A stretch of 64,000 nucleotides of DNA, taken from NCBI GenBank assembly GCA_041653135.1, contig JBAZGB010000001.1, positions 23,999-87,998 of the forward strand, given 5' to 3'. Shown here piece after piece: positions 1-9,847 of this stretch. This stretch comes from Eubacteriales bacterium (lineage in GTDB: Bacteria; Bacillota; Desulfotomaculia; Desulfotomaculales; Nap2-2B). Every line of letters starts with the position of its first letter. The stretch's first letter is position 1. Below the pieces are notes generated by a model. That model was not told where the DNA came from, made no database searches, and saw only the letters and a program-made list of their open reading frames with translations. A program made the translations under genes and the position numbers.

Positions 1-500
1 AGCGAACTTCCCGTTTCCGTGATATCCGCTATCGCGTCGACCAATTCGGGTACTTTTACCTCTGTAGCTCCATACGAAAATTCTATTGTCGCTTGTACAT
101 TATGGTCAGACAGGAAACGTCTGGTGACCTGTACCAACTCGGTGGCGATACGCTTGCCCTGCAAATCTTTTATTTCCTTTATTTCACTGTCTTTAGCTAC
201 AGCGAGAACAAGACGGATTGGATTGGGCGTGTTCTTAGAGTACACCAGTTCAGCTACTTCAATTACATCCGCACCGTTCTCCATGATCCAGTCATAGCCG
301 CTAAGGCCGGCATCCAAAACACCATCGCTTACATAACGTGGAATTTCCTGAGCGCGCATAAGCATTATTTCAAGTTCCGGATCATCTATGACAGGGTAGT
401 ATGAACGGTCGGGAAGCTTGATGTTGAATCCCGCTCTCTTGAATAAAATGAAAGTAGCTTCCTGAAGGCTGCCCTTGGGCAGGCCCAGGCGCAGTATCAT
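1..500 (-). CDS. hisG: ATP phosphoribosyltransferase, N-terminal part (gene runs off the left edge)
   Basis: Hand translation from ATG at 498-500 gives [72 protein letters not shown]..., a typical HisG N-terminus. AAGGGGGA RBS lies 9 nt upstream. Absent from the ORF track because no stop falls in the window. Confidence 0.85.
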   Translation of the reverse strand, partial: MILRLGLPKGSLQEATFILFKRAGFNIKLPDRSYYPVIDDPELEIMLMRAQEIPRYVSDGVLDAGLSGYDWIMENGADVIEVAELVYSKNTPNPIRLVLAVAKDSEIKEIKDLQGKRIATELVQVTRRFLSDHNVQATIEFSYGATEVKVPELVDAIADITETGSS

Positions 501-533
501 AATTCAGGATCCCCCTTTCAAAATGTATCTTTT

Positions 534-983
534 CTATTCATAAATCCAGGGTTCGATACTTCTTGTGTACTCTATTAATTCCTCTGCCTTAAAAAAGTTG
601 CCGATTTCCCTGTCGGCGCTGGTCAATGAATCTGACCCGTGGATAATATTTCTGCCCATATCCATACCGTAAGCTGCTCTGATTGTTCCTTGTTCAGCTT
701 TTAAAGGATCCGTAGAACCCATCATGGCGCGTACGGCGTTTACTGCGTTTTTACCCTCCAGTACCATGGCGATAACAGGGCCGCAGGTTATATACCTGAC
801 CAGGTTTTCAAAAAAAGACTTGCCGATGTGTTCTCCGTAATGTCTTTTAGCCAGGTCCTCGGAAATAATAAGCATCTTCATGGCAATCATTTTTAAACCT
901 TTTTTTTCAAGTCTGGCGATTATTTCTCCCGCCACCCCGCGCTGCAGTCCCTCAGGTTTAATCATTACGAAAGTTCTCTCCAT
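534..983 (-). CDS. ndk: nucleoside-diphosphate kinase
   Basis: [16 protein letters not shown]...NIIHGSDS motifs. I place the start at the internal ATG (aa 19 of the ORF-track ORF), which matches the canonical NDK N-terminus. Confidence 0.95.
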   Translation of the reverse strand: MERTFVMIKPEGLQRGVAGEIIARLEKKGLKMIAMKMLIISEDLAKRHYGEHIGKSFFENLVRYITCGPVIAMVLEGKNAVNAVRAMMGSTDPLKAEQGTIRAAYGMDMGRNIIHGSDSLTSADREIGNFFKAEELIEYTRSIEPWIYE

Positions 984-1160
984 AGTTTTAACCGGAAAGA
1001 TCCGGCAATCATCACCTCCAATAAGAATAAAGAACATTAACTCATCAATAATAACATATCACAGTTAATTTAGCATAATAAAAGCAGCTTTTTGTTAAGC
1101 TGGAAATGAAAAAAATATGTATAATAAAATAGTAATTAAAATAAGAAAGGGTAGAGAAAA

Positions 1161-1769
1161 ATGCTCACGACCAAGGAAGCAATCGAACAAAGACGCAGCA
1201 TCAGAAAATTTAGGCCCGATGCTGTTCCTCGGGATCAGATTAACGCTCTGCTGGATTCCGCCAGATTGGCTCCTTCAGCCTGTAATGCGCAGCCCTGGCG
1301 TTTCAAGGTGGTTACGGATGAGGCAACACGGCAGAAATTAGCCCAGGCTGCTTTCAACCAGTCTTTTATTGCCGGCGCTCCTGTTGTGTTTGTCTGCTGC
1401 GTGGATATAAAAGGTTATCTGGACGGAAGTGTTTCCAGAACACAGGACCTTGGGAAGATCAAAGCGGTTGATGAATATGTAGTCGAGGTTGTCCTGGATC
1501 GTATTAACAATGTAAGTAAAATGAATTTCGAAGAAATCGGGGTTAGAATTGCTTTAAACGCAGCAATAGCAATAGAGCATATTGTGTTAAGGGCTTTGGA
1601 TTTCGGACTTGGAACTTGCTGGGTAAGATTATTTGAAGAAAAGAAGATAAAAAGTATCTTTGGTTGGGGAAAGAATATTTCAGTGGTATCCCTTCTTCCA
1701 GCCGGTTATCCTGCAGAATTTCCTCCTCCGCGCAAAAGGTTGTCTCTTGATGATATTCTGACAAGTTAA
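1161..1769 (+). CDS. nitroreductase family protein
   Basis: N-terminus EAIEQRRSIRKF...LLDSARLAPSACNAQPWRF is the classic nitroreductase signature. Confidence 0.85.
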   Translation: MLTTKEAIEQRRSIRKFRPDAVPRDQINALLDSARLAPSACNAQPWRFKVVTDEATRQKLAQAAFNQSFIAGAPVVFVCCVDIKGYLDGSVSRTQDLGKIKAVDEYVVEVVLDRINNVSKMNFEEIGVRIALNAAIAIEHIVLRALDFGLGTCWVRLFEEKKIKSIFGWGKNISVVSLLPAGYPAEFPPPRKRLSLDDILTS

Positions 1770-1851
1770 GGGGAATAATCAAATCATCTCCCCATACAGG
1801 TTTTCCCTGCTTGCAAGAAGTAACTTTACCGGTATTAAAATAGGATAGTCT

Positions 1852-2295
1852 TTATTTTACAATGGTTACAGGACACTGGCACATATGCAGAACTTTGTAA
1901 CAAACTCCGCCAAGCCAGAATCTTGAACCTTCTTCCTCGTCATATCCATGAAATCCCATTATAACAAGGTCAAACCCGCCTTCCATCGCAAACTTGCTTA
2001 TTACGGCAGCGGCGTCACCCCGGCCGATAGCCTTTTCAATAATCGAGCTTTTTTGCCCCGCGAGCCTGTCAATTTTTTTAAATACCTCGTTTGCCCTGGA
2101 CTCAATTTCCTTGTCCAGTTCTTTTTGTTGAAACCCTGAACAAGCGCCCGGTTCGGGAAAAAGATCATAACATGACGGACCAACATAAAACGCAGTGACA
2201 TGCATGTGTGAGCTAAGTTTCTTTAATTTTAGAGCATGACTGACGGCTCTTAAGGAACTTTCGGAACCGTCCACCGCCACAACAATCCGCTTCAT
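1852..2295 (-). CDS. universal stress protein (UspA family)
   Basis: MKRIVVAVDGSESS...DLVIMGFHG...GGVCYKVLHMCQCPVTIV. Start moved to the ATG preceded by AAGGGGG. Confidence 0.85.
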   Translation of the reverse strand: MKRIVVAVDGSESSLRAVSHALKLKKLSSHMHVTAFYVGPSCYDLFPEPGACSGFQQKELDKEIESRANEVFKKIDRLAGQKSSIIEKAIGRGDAAAVISKFAMEGGFDLVIMGFHGYDEEEGSRFWLGGVCYKVLHMCQCPVTIVK

Positions 2296-2359
2296 TTGTT
2301 TGAACCCCCTTACCAATTGATAACTACATGTGGTTTAAACGGTATGGATGCCTGCTTTA

Positions 2360-3148
2360 CTACCTGATCATTAACTTGCGCATCAAATAAAATGGAAAAG
2401 GCAGCAAGATAAGCACTGCTGCTATCATCCAGATTAGATCCCAGACCAGGCTGATACCTACCCTTCCGAGAATCATTCCCCGTGTAATGTTGACAAGGTG
2501 GTAAAGAGGGCTTATCCAGATGATTTTTTGTACAATCATGTTCATTCCTGTCAGCGGGAAAAAAACACCGGAAAACAGAAACAAAGGAGTCATAACCAGC
2601 GAGAAATAATAGTTAAAACTTTCAATGTTTGGCACTAGCCCTGTCCATATTATCGATAAAATGGAGAACAGCATTCCTCCGACAAACATCACGCATGGGA
2701 TAAGCAAAGCCCAGGGTGATTTAACGAGACCGAGGAAAAAAATAACTACTAAAATAACCAGACTGTATAAGATGCTTTTAAAAACTCCGTAAAGAATTTC
2801 GCCGGCAATTACATCATCCATGCTTACCGGAGTTGCCACCATTGCATGAAATGTCTTCTGGAATTCCATTCGTATAAAAGTGCCGTATGTACACTCATAG
2901 GCAGTAGCAAAAACAGCTGAAGAAGCAACCAGTCCCGGGGCTAGATAGTTCAGATAAGGAACACCCTCAATGGGATGGACATATGCCCCCAGCCCAATTC
3001 CCAATGCCGTAAGGTAAAGAAGAGGTTCAAAAAAATTAAAAGAAATATTTACCTTCCAGTTCCGGCTGAAAACTATCAGGTGTCTGCGAAAAACCTTCCA
3101 GACCAGAGGCGAAATATCGATTTGTAAGAGTCTTGTTAACGCTTCCAC
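2360..3148 (-). CDS. ABC-2 type transporter permease
   Basis: Polytopic membrane ORF, abutting the upstream ABC ATPase gene with a 1-nt gap. Confidence 0.85.
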   Translation of the reverse strand: MEALTRLLQIDISPLVWKVFRRHLIVFSRNWKVNISFNFFEPLLYLTALGIGLGAYVHPIEGVPYLNYLAPGLVASSAVFATAYECTYGTFIRMEFQKTFHAMVATPVSMDDVIAGEILYGVFKSILYSLVILVVIFFLGLVKSPWALLIPCVMFVGGMLFSILSIIWTGLVPNIESFNYYFSLVMTPLFLFSGVFFPLTGMNMIVQKIIWISPLYHLVNITRGMILGRVGISLVWDLIWMIAAVLILLPFPFYLMRKLMIR

Positions 3149-3149
3149 T

Positions 3150-3926
3150 TTAATCCTGCAGTTTTCTGCCGGTCAGTTTGAGAAAAACATCTTCCAATGT
3201 AGCCGGTTGCTCTTTTTCTCCTTGAGCCCGTTGGCCTGAAGTTTCAGCAGTATAATCGGCCACTAATTTTTGGGGGCTTCCTTCGACCAATATTTCCCCC
3301 AGATTCATAATTACCAAACGGTCGCAAAGCTGACTGGCTTCCTCCATATAGTGGGTTGTTAAAATCAGGGTCACGCCTTGCTCTTTTAGAAGGCGTAAGC
3401 GCTGCCAGACCATGTGGCGGGCCTGCGGATCAAGGCCAGTTGTAGGTTCGTCAAGGATCAAAAGGTCCGGTTTGTTGATCAGCGCACGTGCTATTGTCAG
3501 GCGTCTTTTCATGCCGCCGGAAAGAGATTCAACTATTTCCCCGGCTTTTTCTTTCAATCCAAAAAATTCAAGCAGTTCTTCTGCCCTTTCCCTGGCCAGA
3601 TGAGCGTCAATTCCAAAAAAACCTGCATAGACAAGTAAGTTCTGCAGCACTTTCAAGTCGGGATCAAGGTTGTTCTCCTGAGGAACAACACCGAGCAGCC
3701 GTTTAATATTTCTAATATTTGTCTTTGCATCCATTCCAAGGACAGTCAGTTTTCCTGAGGTTACCGGCGAAAACCCATAAATCATTTTAACCAGGGATGT
3801 CTTGCCGGCGCCGTTGGGCCCCAAAAACCCAAAACACTCATTTTTCCTGATTCTAAAGTTTACATCTCGTACTGCCACAAACCCATTGTATTTTTTAAGC
3901 AAATTTTCGGCAATGACAATATCCAA
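3150..3926 (-). CDS. ABC transporter ATP-binding protein
   Basis: Walker A GPNGAGKTS, signature LSGGMKRRL, Walker B LLILDEPTTGLD. Confidence 0.92.
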   Translation of the reverse strand: MDIVIAENLLKKYNGFVAVRDVNFRIRKNECFGFLGPNGAGKTSLVKMIYGFSPVTSGKLTVLGMDAKTNIRNIKRLLGVVPQENNLDPDLKVLQNLLVYAGFFGIDAHLARERAEELLEFFGLKEKAGEIVESLSGGMKRRLTIARALINKPDLLILDEPTTGLDPQARHMVWQRLRLLKEQGVTLILTTHYMEEASQLCDRLVIMNLGEILVEGSPQKLVADYTAETSGQRAQGEKEQPATLEDVFLKLTGRKLQD

Positions 3927-3966
3927 AAGCTCTCCACCAAATTTCCCCGCTGCTTCTGCCTTTTAT

Positions 3967-5163
3967 TTAAATTTTGGCTTTCAGACCTTTAACAGCCTGT
4001 TCCAAACCGTCCACTGTCAACTCAAACATGGGGAAAGCTCTCCTGATCAAGCTTATTGACTCTGAGCCATAAAATGCTTGCCAGTATTTGCCAGGGATGG
4101 GGTTTAACCAAACTGAGAATTTAAATTGAGAAGCTAACTTCTGCAGCCAGATGATTCCCGGTTCTTCGTTATACTCCTCCCAACTGATGATACCGCCGGG
4201 CATCATTAACTCGCCGGGCGACATGCTTGCGTCCCCGACTATGATTAACCGGTAATCACGGCCGAGGTTATTTAAAACCTCTGTTGTAGAAATTGAGGAA
4301 TTCTTCATACAGTAAGGATCCATGTAGAGGCGGTCATAAACACAGTTGTGAAAATAGTAATATCTGGTGTCCTTGAAATGATTAATCTTGCTTGCGGCGT
4401 TAAAAAGCTGGCTGCACAATCTGGAATAAGGGTGCATGGAACCGCCGGAGTCCATCAGCAGGACAAGTTTAATAATGTTTTTTCTTGGTCTTTCCCAGAC
4501 CAGTTCTAAATTCCCTGCCTTTTTACATGTGGCGTCAATAGTGCCTTCCAGATCGAGTTCTTCCCTGGGTCCCTCAGCATTGTAGCTCAACTCACGCAGC
4601 TTGCGCAGGGCTACTTCAAACTGGCGTGTGGTGAGGGTGTCATCGGTTCGAAAATCGCGGTAGCGCCGCTCGGCGGCAACTTTTACCGCGGAATGATTTA
4701 CTGATTCCCCTCCAATTCTTATACCGGCCGGGTGGTACCCTGAATGCCCAAAAGGAGAAGTGCCTCCAGTTCCAATCCAGCGACCTCCTCCGTGATGTTC
4801 CTCCGTCTGTTGGGACAACCGTTCTTCAAGCGCTTTGCGCAGCTCTTCCAAATCCCAAGGACTAAAAGGTTTACGCTGTTCCGAGTCAATTTGCTTTGGC
4901 GGCAATGATTTTTCGAGCCATTTCATCACCCTTTCGGCAAGTTCCGGTGAAGTTTCAACATCCTGGAAAAAACGATAGAAAGCAAGGTCAAAACGGTCAA
5001 AATACGTTTCACTTTTAACCAATAGTGAACGCGCCAGGTGATAAAAGCCATTCAAACTGGCGCCGGACAACCCTTTAGACAAGGCCTCCATCAGGGTCAT
5101 CCATTCGGTCAGGGAAACAGGGACGCCTTCCTCACGAAGGGTATAAAAAAGCCCGGTAAACAT
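3967..5163 (-). CDS. VWA domain protein (CoxE-like), partner of the MoxR-type ATPase
   Basis: N-terminus LREEGVPVSLTEWMTLMEAL and C-terminal VLLMDSGGSM (MIDAS-like DxSxS). Sits directly downstream of the AAA ATPase. Confidence 0.7.
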   Translation of the reverse strand: MFTGLFYTLREEGVPVSLTEWMTLMEALSKGLSGASLNGFYHLARSLLVKSETYFDRFDLAFYRFFQDVETSPELAERVMKWLEKSLPPKQIDSEQRKPFSPWDLEELRKALEERLSQQTEEHHGGGRWIGTGGTSPFGHSGYHPAGIRIGGESVNHSAVKVAAERRYRDFRTDDTLTTRQFEVALRKLRELSYNAEGPREELDLEGTIDATCKKAGNLELVWERPRKNIIKLVLLMDSGGSMHPYSRLCSQLFNAASKINHFKDTRYYYFHNCVYDRLYMDPYCMKNSSISTTEVLNNLGRDYRLIIVGDASMSPGELMMPGGIISWEEYNEEPGIIWLQKLASQFKFSVWLNPIPGKYWQAFYGSESISLIRRAFPMFELTVDGLEQAVKGLKAKI

Positions 5164-5173
5164 AATCTATACC

Positions 5174-6082
5174 TCAAAAACCGCGACGGGCGCCGGGAGA
5201 AGAGGCTTTCTTCTGGACACCACCCGCTTGCAGACGGCGGAGGACAACTTCAAAATCCTGATTCTTCTTTAGCAAGACACCTAAGAAAGGCAAGTCTGAA
5301 CAGATCCGCTGGTAACTTATCCCGCCCACTACAAGGGCCTGAACCCAATCTAAAAGTTCGCTTGTGCTGGGTTTTTTCTGGAGGCCGTTTATACTTCTGA
5401 TCCAGTAAAAAGCATTTAATGCTTCATCAAGCAGCGTTTTTTCCATATCGGGGTAATGTACCTTAATAATCTTTAGCATCATATCTTCATTGGGAAAATC
5501 AATGTAGTGAAAAACACAGCGCCGGAGAAAAGCGTCGGGCAGTTCTTTCTCGGCATTGCTTGTGATTACTACAATCGGCCTGCGTTTGGCGGTAACAGTT
5601 TCCTTCGTTTCAGGAATATAGAAGTTCATTATATCAAGTTCCCATAAAAGGTCATTCGGGAATTCGATATCTGCTTTGTCTATTTCGTCAATCAGAATTA
5701 CAACAAGCTTTTCTGAATTAAAAGACTCTCCGAGCTTTCCCAGTTTAATATACTGTTTTATATCTGAAACGTCATGGTCGCCAAATTGACCATCATACAA
5801 CCGCTGTACTGTGTCGTAAACATAAAGTCCTTCCTGGGCTTTGGTGGTCGATTTAATATTCCAGATAATTAAATCAAGCCCCAAAGATTCGGCAATAGCC
5901 TTAGCCAGCATGGTTTTGCCGGTTCCCGGCTCACCTTTTATCAAAAGCGGCCTCCCCAGGGCAACAGCAATGTTCACCGTATTGCGCAGGTCGGTTGAAA
6001 CCAGATAACTTCCGGTACTGTCAAAAGCGGGTCTGTCCACAAAAAATCCCCCTTGATATTCGTAATCCTTGCTCTGGAACAT
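5174..6082 (-). CDS. MoxR/CoxD-like AAA+ ATPase
   Basis: Walker A GEPGTGKTMLAKA, Walker B VILIDEIDKA. Start set at the ATG with an AAAGGTG RBS. Confidence 0.85.
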   Translation of the reverse strand: MFQSKDYEYQGGFFVDRPAFDSTGSYLVSTDLRNTVNIAVALGRPLLIKGEPGTGKTMLAKAIAESLGLDLIIWNIKSTTKAQEGLYVYDTVQRLYDGQFGDHDVSDIKQYIKLGKLGESFNSEKLVVILIDEIDKADIEFPNDLLWELDIMNFYIPETKETVTAKRRPIVVITSNAEKELPDAFLRRCVFHYIDFPNEDMMLKIIKVHYPDMEKTLLDEALNAFYWIRSINGLQKKPSTSELLDWVQALVVGGISYQRICSDLPFLGVLLKKNQDFEVVLRRLQAGGVQKKASSPGARRGF

Positions 6083-6150
6083 TATAGCACCTTTACAATT
6101 CTTCAACAAGACTGTTCAAGATTTCAGATTATTAATCATTTCTTTCTGTA

Positions 6151-6648
6151 TTAATCTGGAAAAATGATTACTTCCATAGCTTCTTTGAGTTTATTATATG
6201 TTGTATCAAGCGCTTCTGAGATAACCCTGACATCTCCCGTAACGGCCATAAAGTTCGTGTCTCCATTCCAGCGGGGCACAATGTGAATGTGAATATGGCC
6301 GGGTATGCCTGCTCCGGCTACTTTTCCCAAATTGGCTCCCAAATTAAAGCCGTCAGGGTTATAGATTCTCTTCAAAAGCTCGATCATGTATTTCGTTAAC
6401 CTGCCTATTTGGAGAAATTCATTCTCTGTTAATCCGGCAAGGTCTCCCACATGCCTTACAGGGGCCACCATAATGTGTCCGTTGCTGTACGGGTACAGGT
6501 TCAGCAAAGCAAACACTTGATCGCTTCTTAATAACAGGTAATTCTTTTCATCCTGAGATTGATCGGACTGTACCTTTTCACAAAAAATACAGCCTTCATG
6601 TTTGCCGCCCACATAGACAGTTCTCCACGGCGCCCAGATACGTTTCAC
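6151..6648 (-). CDS. HIT family hydrolase
   Basis: Histidine triad HIHIHIVPR. Likely GTG start (VKRIWAPWR) preceded by GAGAGGAG. Confidence 0.85.
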   Translation of the reverse strand: MKRIWAPWRTVYVGGKHEGCIFCEKVQSDQSQDEKNYLLLRSDQVFALLNLYPYSNGHIMVAPVRHVGDLAGLTENEFLQIGRLTKYMIELLKRIYNPDGFNLGANLGKVAGAGIPGHIHIHIVPRWNGDTNFMAVTGDVRVISEALDTTYNKLKEAMEVIIFPD

Positions 6649-6741
6649 AGAAAAGCTCCTCTCAATACATATATTATAACATAAATAAAAATACCGGCTT
6701 TCCACCGGCTGTGAAAATGTTTTTTGATAAAGTAAGCTGCG

Positions 6742-8385
6742 CTATTTTTGCGTTATCGTATTTATAAATATTTCCACAATTACAGGATCATACATTTTGC
6801 CCGAGTACCTTCCTAGTTCCTCAAAAGCTTCTTCATATGTCATGCCCTTGCGGTATGGCCTGTCCGTTGTCATTGCGTCAAAACTGTCTGCTACACGCAT
6901 TATTCTGGCGGAAAGAGGAATGTTTTCACCGGCCAGTCCGTCCGGGTAGCCGGTTCCGTCATAATTCTCGTGATGATATCTAATCAACGATACCAGGCCT
7001 CCCAGTGACAATAAAGGCCTGACAATGTCGCTCCCCCAGACGGGATGACGTTTGGTGATCTCCCATTCGTCACTCAGCAAAGGGCCGTTTTTATTAAGGA
7101 TATCGGCATCTATATCAACCTTGCCTATATCGTGAAGGTAAGCGCCGTATCTGAGTTCTGTTTTCTGCTCTTCAGACAGGTCTATCTTTTCAGCCACCGC
7201 CAGGGCATAGGCCATTACTCTTTCCGAATGGGCAAAGGTGTACCTGTCCTTGACGTTGATAATTGTTAAAAGCGCTTTAAAACATTCGAAGAGATCCTTT
7301 TCCGACTGGCTGAGTGAATATAATTGGTCAATGACGGAAAAACAAATCCGGCTGCGGCTGTGTTTAGACTGGAAGCAGGCGTCGTCTGCCGCTTTGACCA
7401 GATCCCTTGGTTTTTCCCCGTCCTCGGGAAAACAGGCAATTCCTAAAGAGACAGTTATTTTTCCTCCCGGCTGAGTATAATCGCCTTCAACAGAATAGTT
7501 TTTTATCTGCTCTTCAATTTCACTTGCTTTCTGCAGGGCTTCCGACCTGCCGGTACCAGGCAGCACTACGGCAAACTCGTCCCCCCCGTAGCGGGCCGCA
7601 AAAGATGGCGGAGAGATCATGCCTTCCAGAATCCTGCCAATTTCTACAATAACCAGATCTCCTTTTTGGTAACCGTAGATGTCGTTGAAAAATTTAAAAT
7701 AATTTATATCGGTCATGATCAGGGAAAGAGGTTTAGACTCAAACCGTGCAATTTTTAACTGTTCAGTCAGCTTTTCATAAAAATGCCGGTGGTTGATAAA
7801 TCCGGTGAGGGTATCAGTATTGGCAAGTGAGAGTAAATGTAGATGGGTCCGCCTTTCAATGTCCGTCAGACCGCCGATTAACCATGCTATAGTTAAAAGT
7901 ATACCTGTATAAATTAAATCAATCTGGAAAGCAGGAGAAACGGGATGTGTAAAAAACTGTCTCAGGTCGAGGATAAAGATGGCCATACTGGCTATTATAG
8001 CGCTTATAATCCCTTTAATCTTGCCGTAGCTGCTGGCTGCAATAACCACCGGGACAAAAAGAAGCACCTTGGAACCGTCAAAGCCCTTTGTTAAATAAAT
8101 CAGTGCCAAGATCAAGGGAAATAAAACGATCAGTAAGAGGGCTTCGCCTGTCCAAGGCTGTGAGCTGAACTTTTTTGACAAATATGGTGTGACGGCAACC
8201 AATAAAAACAAAATTACAGAATAATAAAAATAAAGTCTATTGATATATACCTGCCCGAGCTTGAAGTTAACATTCAGCGCCATGATGGCCAGAAAAACAA
8301 CCAGTACGCATATAATATGGGAGACAAGGATATGTTCAGCAAGTTCTTCTTTTCTTTTTGTCAGTGGGTGTATTTTTTCTTCCAT
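6742..8385 (-). CDS. membrane-anchored GGDEF diguanylate cyclase fused to an HD-GYP phosphodiesterase domain
   Basis: N-terminal multi-TM region, RYGGDEFAVVL (GGDEF), HDIGK ... HHENYDGTGYP (HD-GYP). Confidence 0.9.
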   Translation of the reverse strand: MEEKIHPLTKRKEELAEHILVSHIICVLVVFLAIMALNVNFKLGQVYINRLYFYYSVILFLLVAVTPYLSKKFSSQPWTGEALLLIVLFPLILALIYLTKGFDGSKVLLFVPVVIAASSYGKIKGIISAIIASMAIFILDLRQFFTHPVSPAFQIDLIYTGILLTIAWLIGGLTDIERRTHLHLLSLANTDTLTGFINHRHFYEKLTEQLKIARFESKPLSLIMTDINYFKFFNDIYGYQKGDLVIVEIGRILEGMISPPSFAARYGGDEFAVVLPGTGRSEALQKASEIEEQIKNYSVEGDYTQPGGKITVSLGIACFPEDGEKPRDLVKAADDACFQSKHSRSRICFSVIDQLYSLSQSEKDLFECFKALLTIINVKDRYTFAHSERVMAYALAVAEKIDLSEEQKTELRYGAYLHDIGKVDIDADILNKNGPLLSDEWEITKRHPVWGSDIVRPLLSLGGLVSLIRYHHENYDGTGYPDGLAGENIPLSARIMRVADSFDAMTTDRPYRKGMTYEEAFEELGRYSGKMYDPVIVEIFINTITQK

Positions 8386-8406
8386 GTGATGTCACCTGTC
8401 TCCACA

Positions 8407-8430
8407 TAAAAAAATGGGGGGTATCCCCCC
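8407..8430 (-). terminator. intrinsic terminator downstream of the agrD-like ORF
   Basis: Minus strand reads GGGGGG-ATA-CCCCCC followed by a run of 7 T. Confidence 0.7.
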
Positions 8431-8446
8431 TAATTAGCGCGCGTCC

Positions 8447-8578
8447 TTATTTTCTTAGGCTTTTTGGAAGCTCGGGCTGATAACTTATGAAATTACAGGC
8501 AGGCCGAACACTAAACGCAGCTAAAAGGACCAGAACACTGAACAAAGATGAAAAGATAAAGTAGGAAAGCTTTTTCAT
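8447..8578 (-). CDS. agrD: AgrD-like cyclic autoinducing peptide precursor (43 aa)
   Basis: Hand translation gives MKKLSYFIFSSLFSVLVLLAAFSVRPACNFISYQPELPKSLRK. AGGAGG RBS upstream. Hydrophobic leader, single Cys, then a PELPK tail resembling the conserved AgrD C-terminal recognition region. Immediately downstream of AgrB. Below the ORF-track size cutoff. Confidence 0.7.
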   Translation of the reverse strand: MKKLSYFIFSSLFSVLVLLAAFSVRPACNFISYQPELPKSLRK

Positions 8579-8599
8579 TGTTTTTACACCTCCTTTCGT

Positions 8600-9223
8600 T
8601 TAAAAAATACTGTCTACTGTTGCTATAAAACGATGGCCCGCTTGAGTTATGGAAAAGGTCTGCCATAAAAGCCCCGCCTCAATGGCTAGGATTATAACCG
8701 CAACCTGGGTAAGCGGATTCAATAAAAGAAGAGATGCCTGAACAGCGACCGCCAAAAAAACGAAAAACATTGAGAGTAAACGCAAATGCCGCCTGTGTTT
8801 CTCCGAAGAAATGGGCTTTTTTGGCGACTCCACCGGGGCCAAACGCCATACCGCAGCCAGCGATACTATAAAACCGCAGGTAACTACCAGAACCAGCGCA
8901 GGATATGAAAAATACGGTGCTGCTATGACAGCCAGCTTTCCAAAAATCGAAACCACCATTATGCTGACCAAAATACAAATATACGGAGAAGAGCTATGAG
9001 CGCCGCCGGAAAAAGAGCGCAGCAGCATTCCCACAATTAAAACTATTAAGGTGACAGCCAGACACTTGAGCAGCCACCCCGCGACGCATACAAGAAGAAA
9101 ACCCGCTCCGCCATAGATAATCATTTCCAGGCTGTAAGCAGCTACTTCTTCCTCCTCCTTGCTTAAATCCAGCCTGTCCTTTAAAAAACCTGCCGCAGAT
9201 CTGGGGAGATCGACTTTATACAA
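8600..9223 (-). CDS. agrB: AgrB family accessory gene regulator (AIP-processing membrane peptidase)
   Basis: Polytopic membrane protein with LRSFSGGAHSSSPYIC (AgrB-type RxxxGGxH motif). Start placed at TTG 9221-9223 (or GTG 9233-9235) after AAGGGAG, because the long ORF-track start overlaps the upstream gene. Confidence 0.8.
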   Translation of the reverse strand: MYKVDLPRSAAGFLKDRLDLSKEEEEVAAYSLEMIIYGGAGFLLVCVAGWLLKCLAVTLIVLIVGMLLRSFSGGAHSSSPYICILVSIMVVSIFGKLAVIAAPYFSYPALVLVVTCGFIVSLAAVWRLAPVESPKKPISSEKHRRHLRLLSMFFVFLAVAVQASLLLLNPLTQVAVIILAIEAGLLWQTFSITQAGHRFIATVDSIF

Positions 9224-9239
9224 AATTAAATGCACTCCC

Positions 9240-9710
9240 TTAAGCTGAAATTTTTCCCCGCCGGCGGTTGTAATAATTTTTGCCCAGAGCAACAGCCAGC
9301 AAAACCAACTCGTAGGGAAGGCTGTACAATTCCCTGAGTACAGGGCTGGCAAAAACTTCTTGATAGGTCCTGCCTGTTATCTTTAGCAGCGGCATATAAT
9401 AAGTCATTTCCACCACACCATTAATCAAAAAAACGACGAGCACCGCTAAAAAAACCCTGCTCAAACGCGACTTTGTGATCAGGTACACATAAACAGCCAG
9501 GGAAATGACAAGAACTACTGTATGCACACCAAAAGCTATGGGCAGTAAACGCACCAGATTCGTCACACTCTGAAGCACGGCAATTGCGGCTATTTTTTTT
9601 AAATCAAATCTCAGACATAGAAAACTGAACACTGCCATTGTACAAACTATGCCTTCCGGCAAATCCTGAATAAGTAAAGCAGTAAGTTCTCTTGGTAATA
9701 TTTCAGACAT
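9240..9710 (-). CDS. small polytopic (about 5 TM) membrane protein, first gene of the agrBD cluster; function unknown
   Basis: 156-aa ORF with about five hydrophobic segments and a basic tail NRRRGKISA. Its end abuts or overlaps the agrB start. Confidence 0.5.
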   Translation of the reverse strand: MSEILPRELTALLIQDLPEGIVCTMAVFSFLCLRFDLKKIAAIAVLQSVTNLVRLLPIAFGVHTVVLVISLAVYVYLITKSRLSRVFLAVLVVFLINGVVEMTYYMPLLKITGRTYQEVFASPVLRELYSLPYELVLLAVALGKNYYNRRRGKISA

Positions 9711-9847
9711 TGTATATTTCCAGCTCCGATATTTCTATGTAAACCCGGACTTTTCTTCAGATTCCGTGTATTCTAAAAATTTACAACCCTCTAACCATAA
9801 TCTTCGTCATTCAACAAATAATTCCTTCTTTCGCAGCCAACATTTTT

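Noticed and set aside
8679-8999. ORFs 8679-8978 (minus, alternative frame) and 8811-8999 (plus) overlapping agrB.
   Set aside because: They are embedded in the AgrB coding frame, which carries the family motif. No independent signals.
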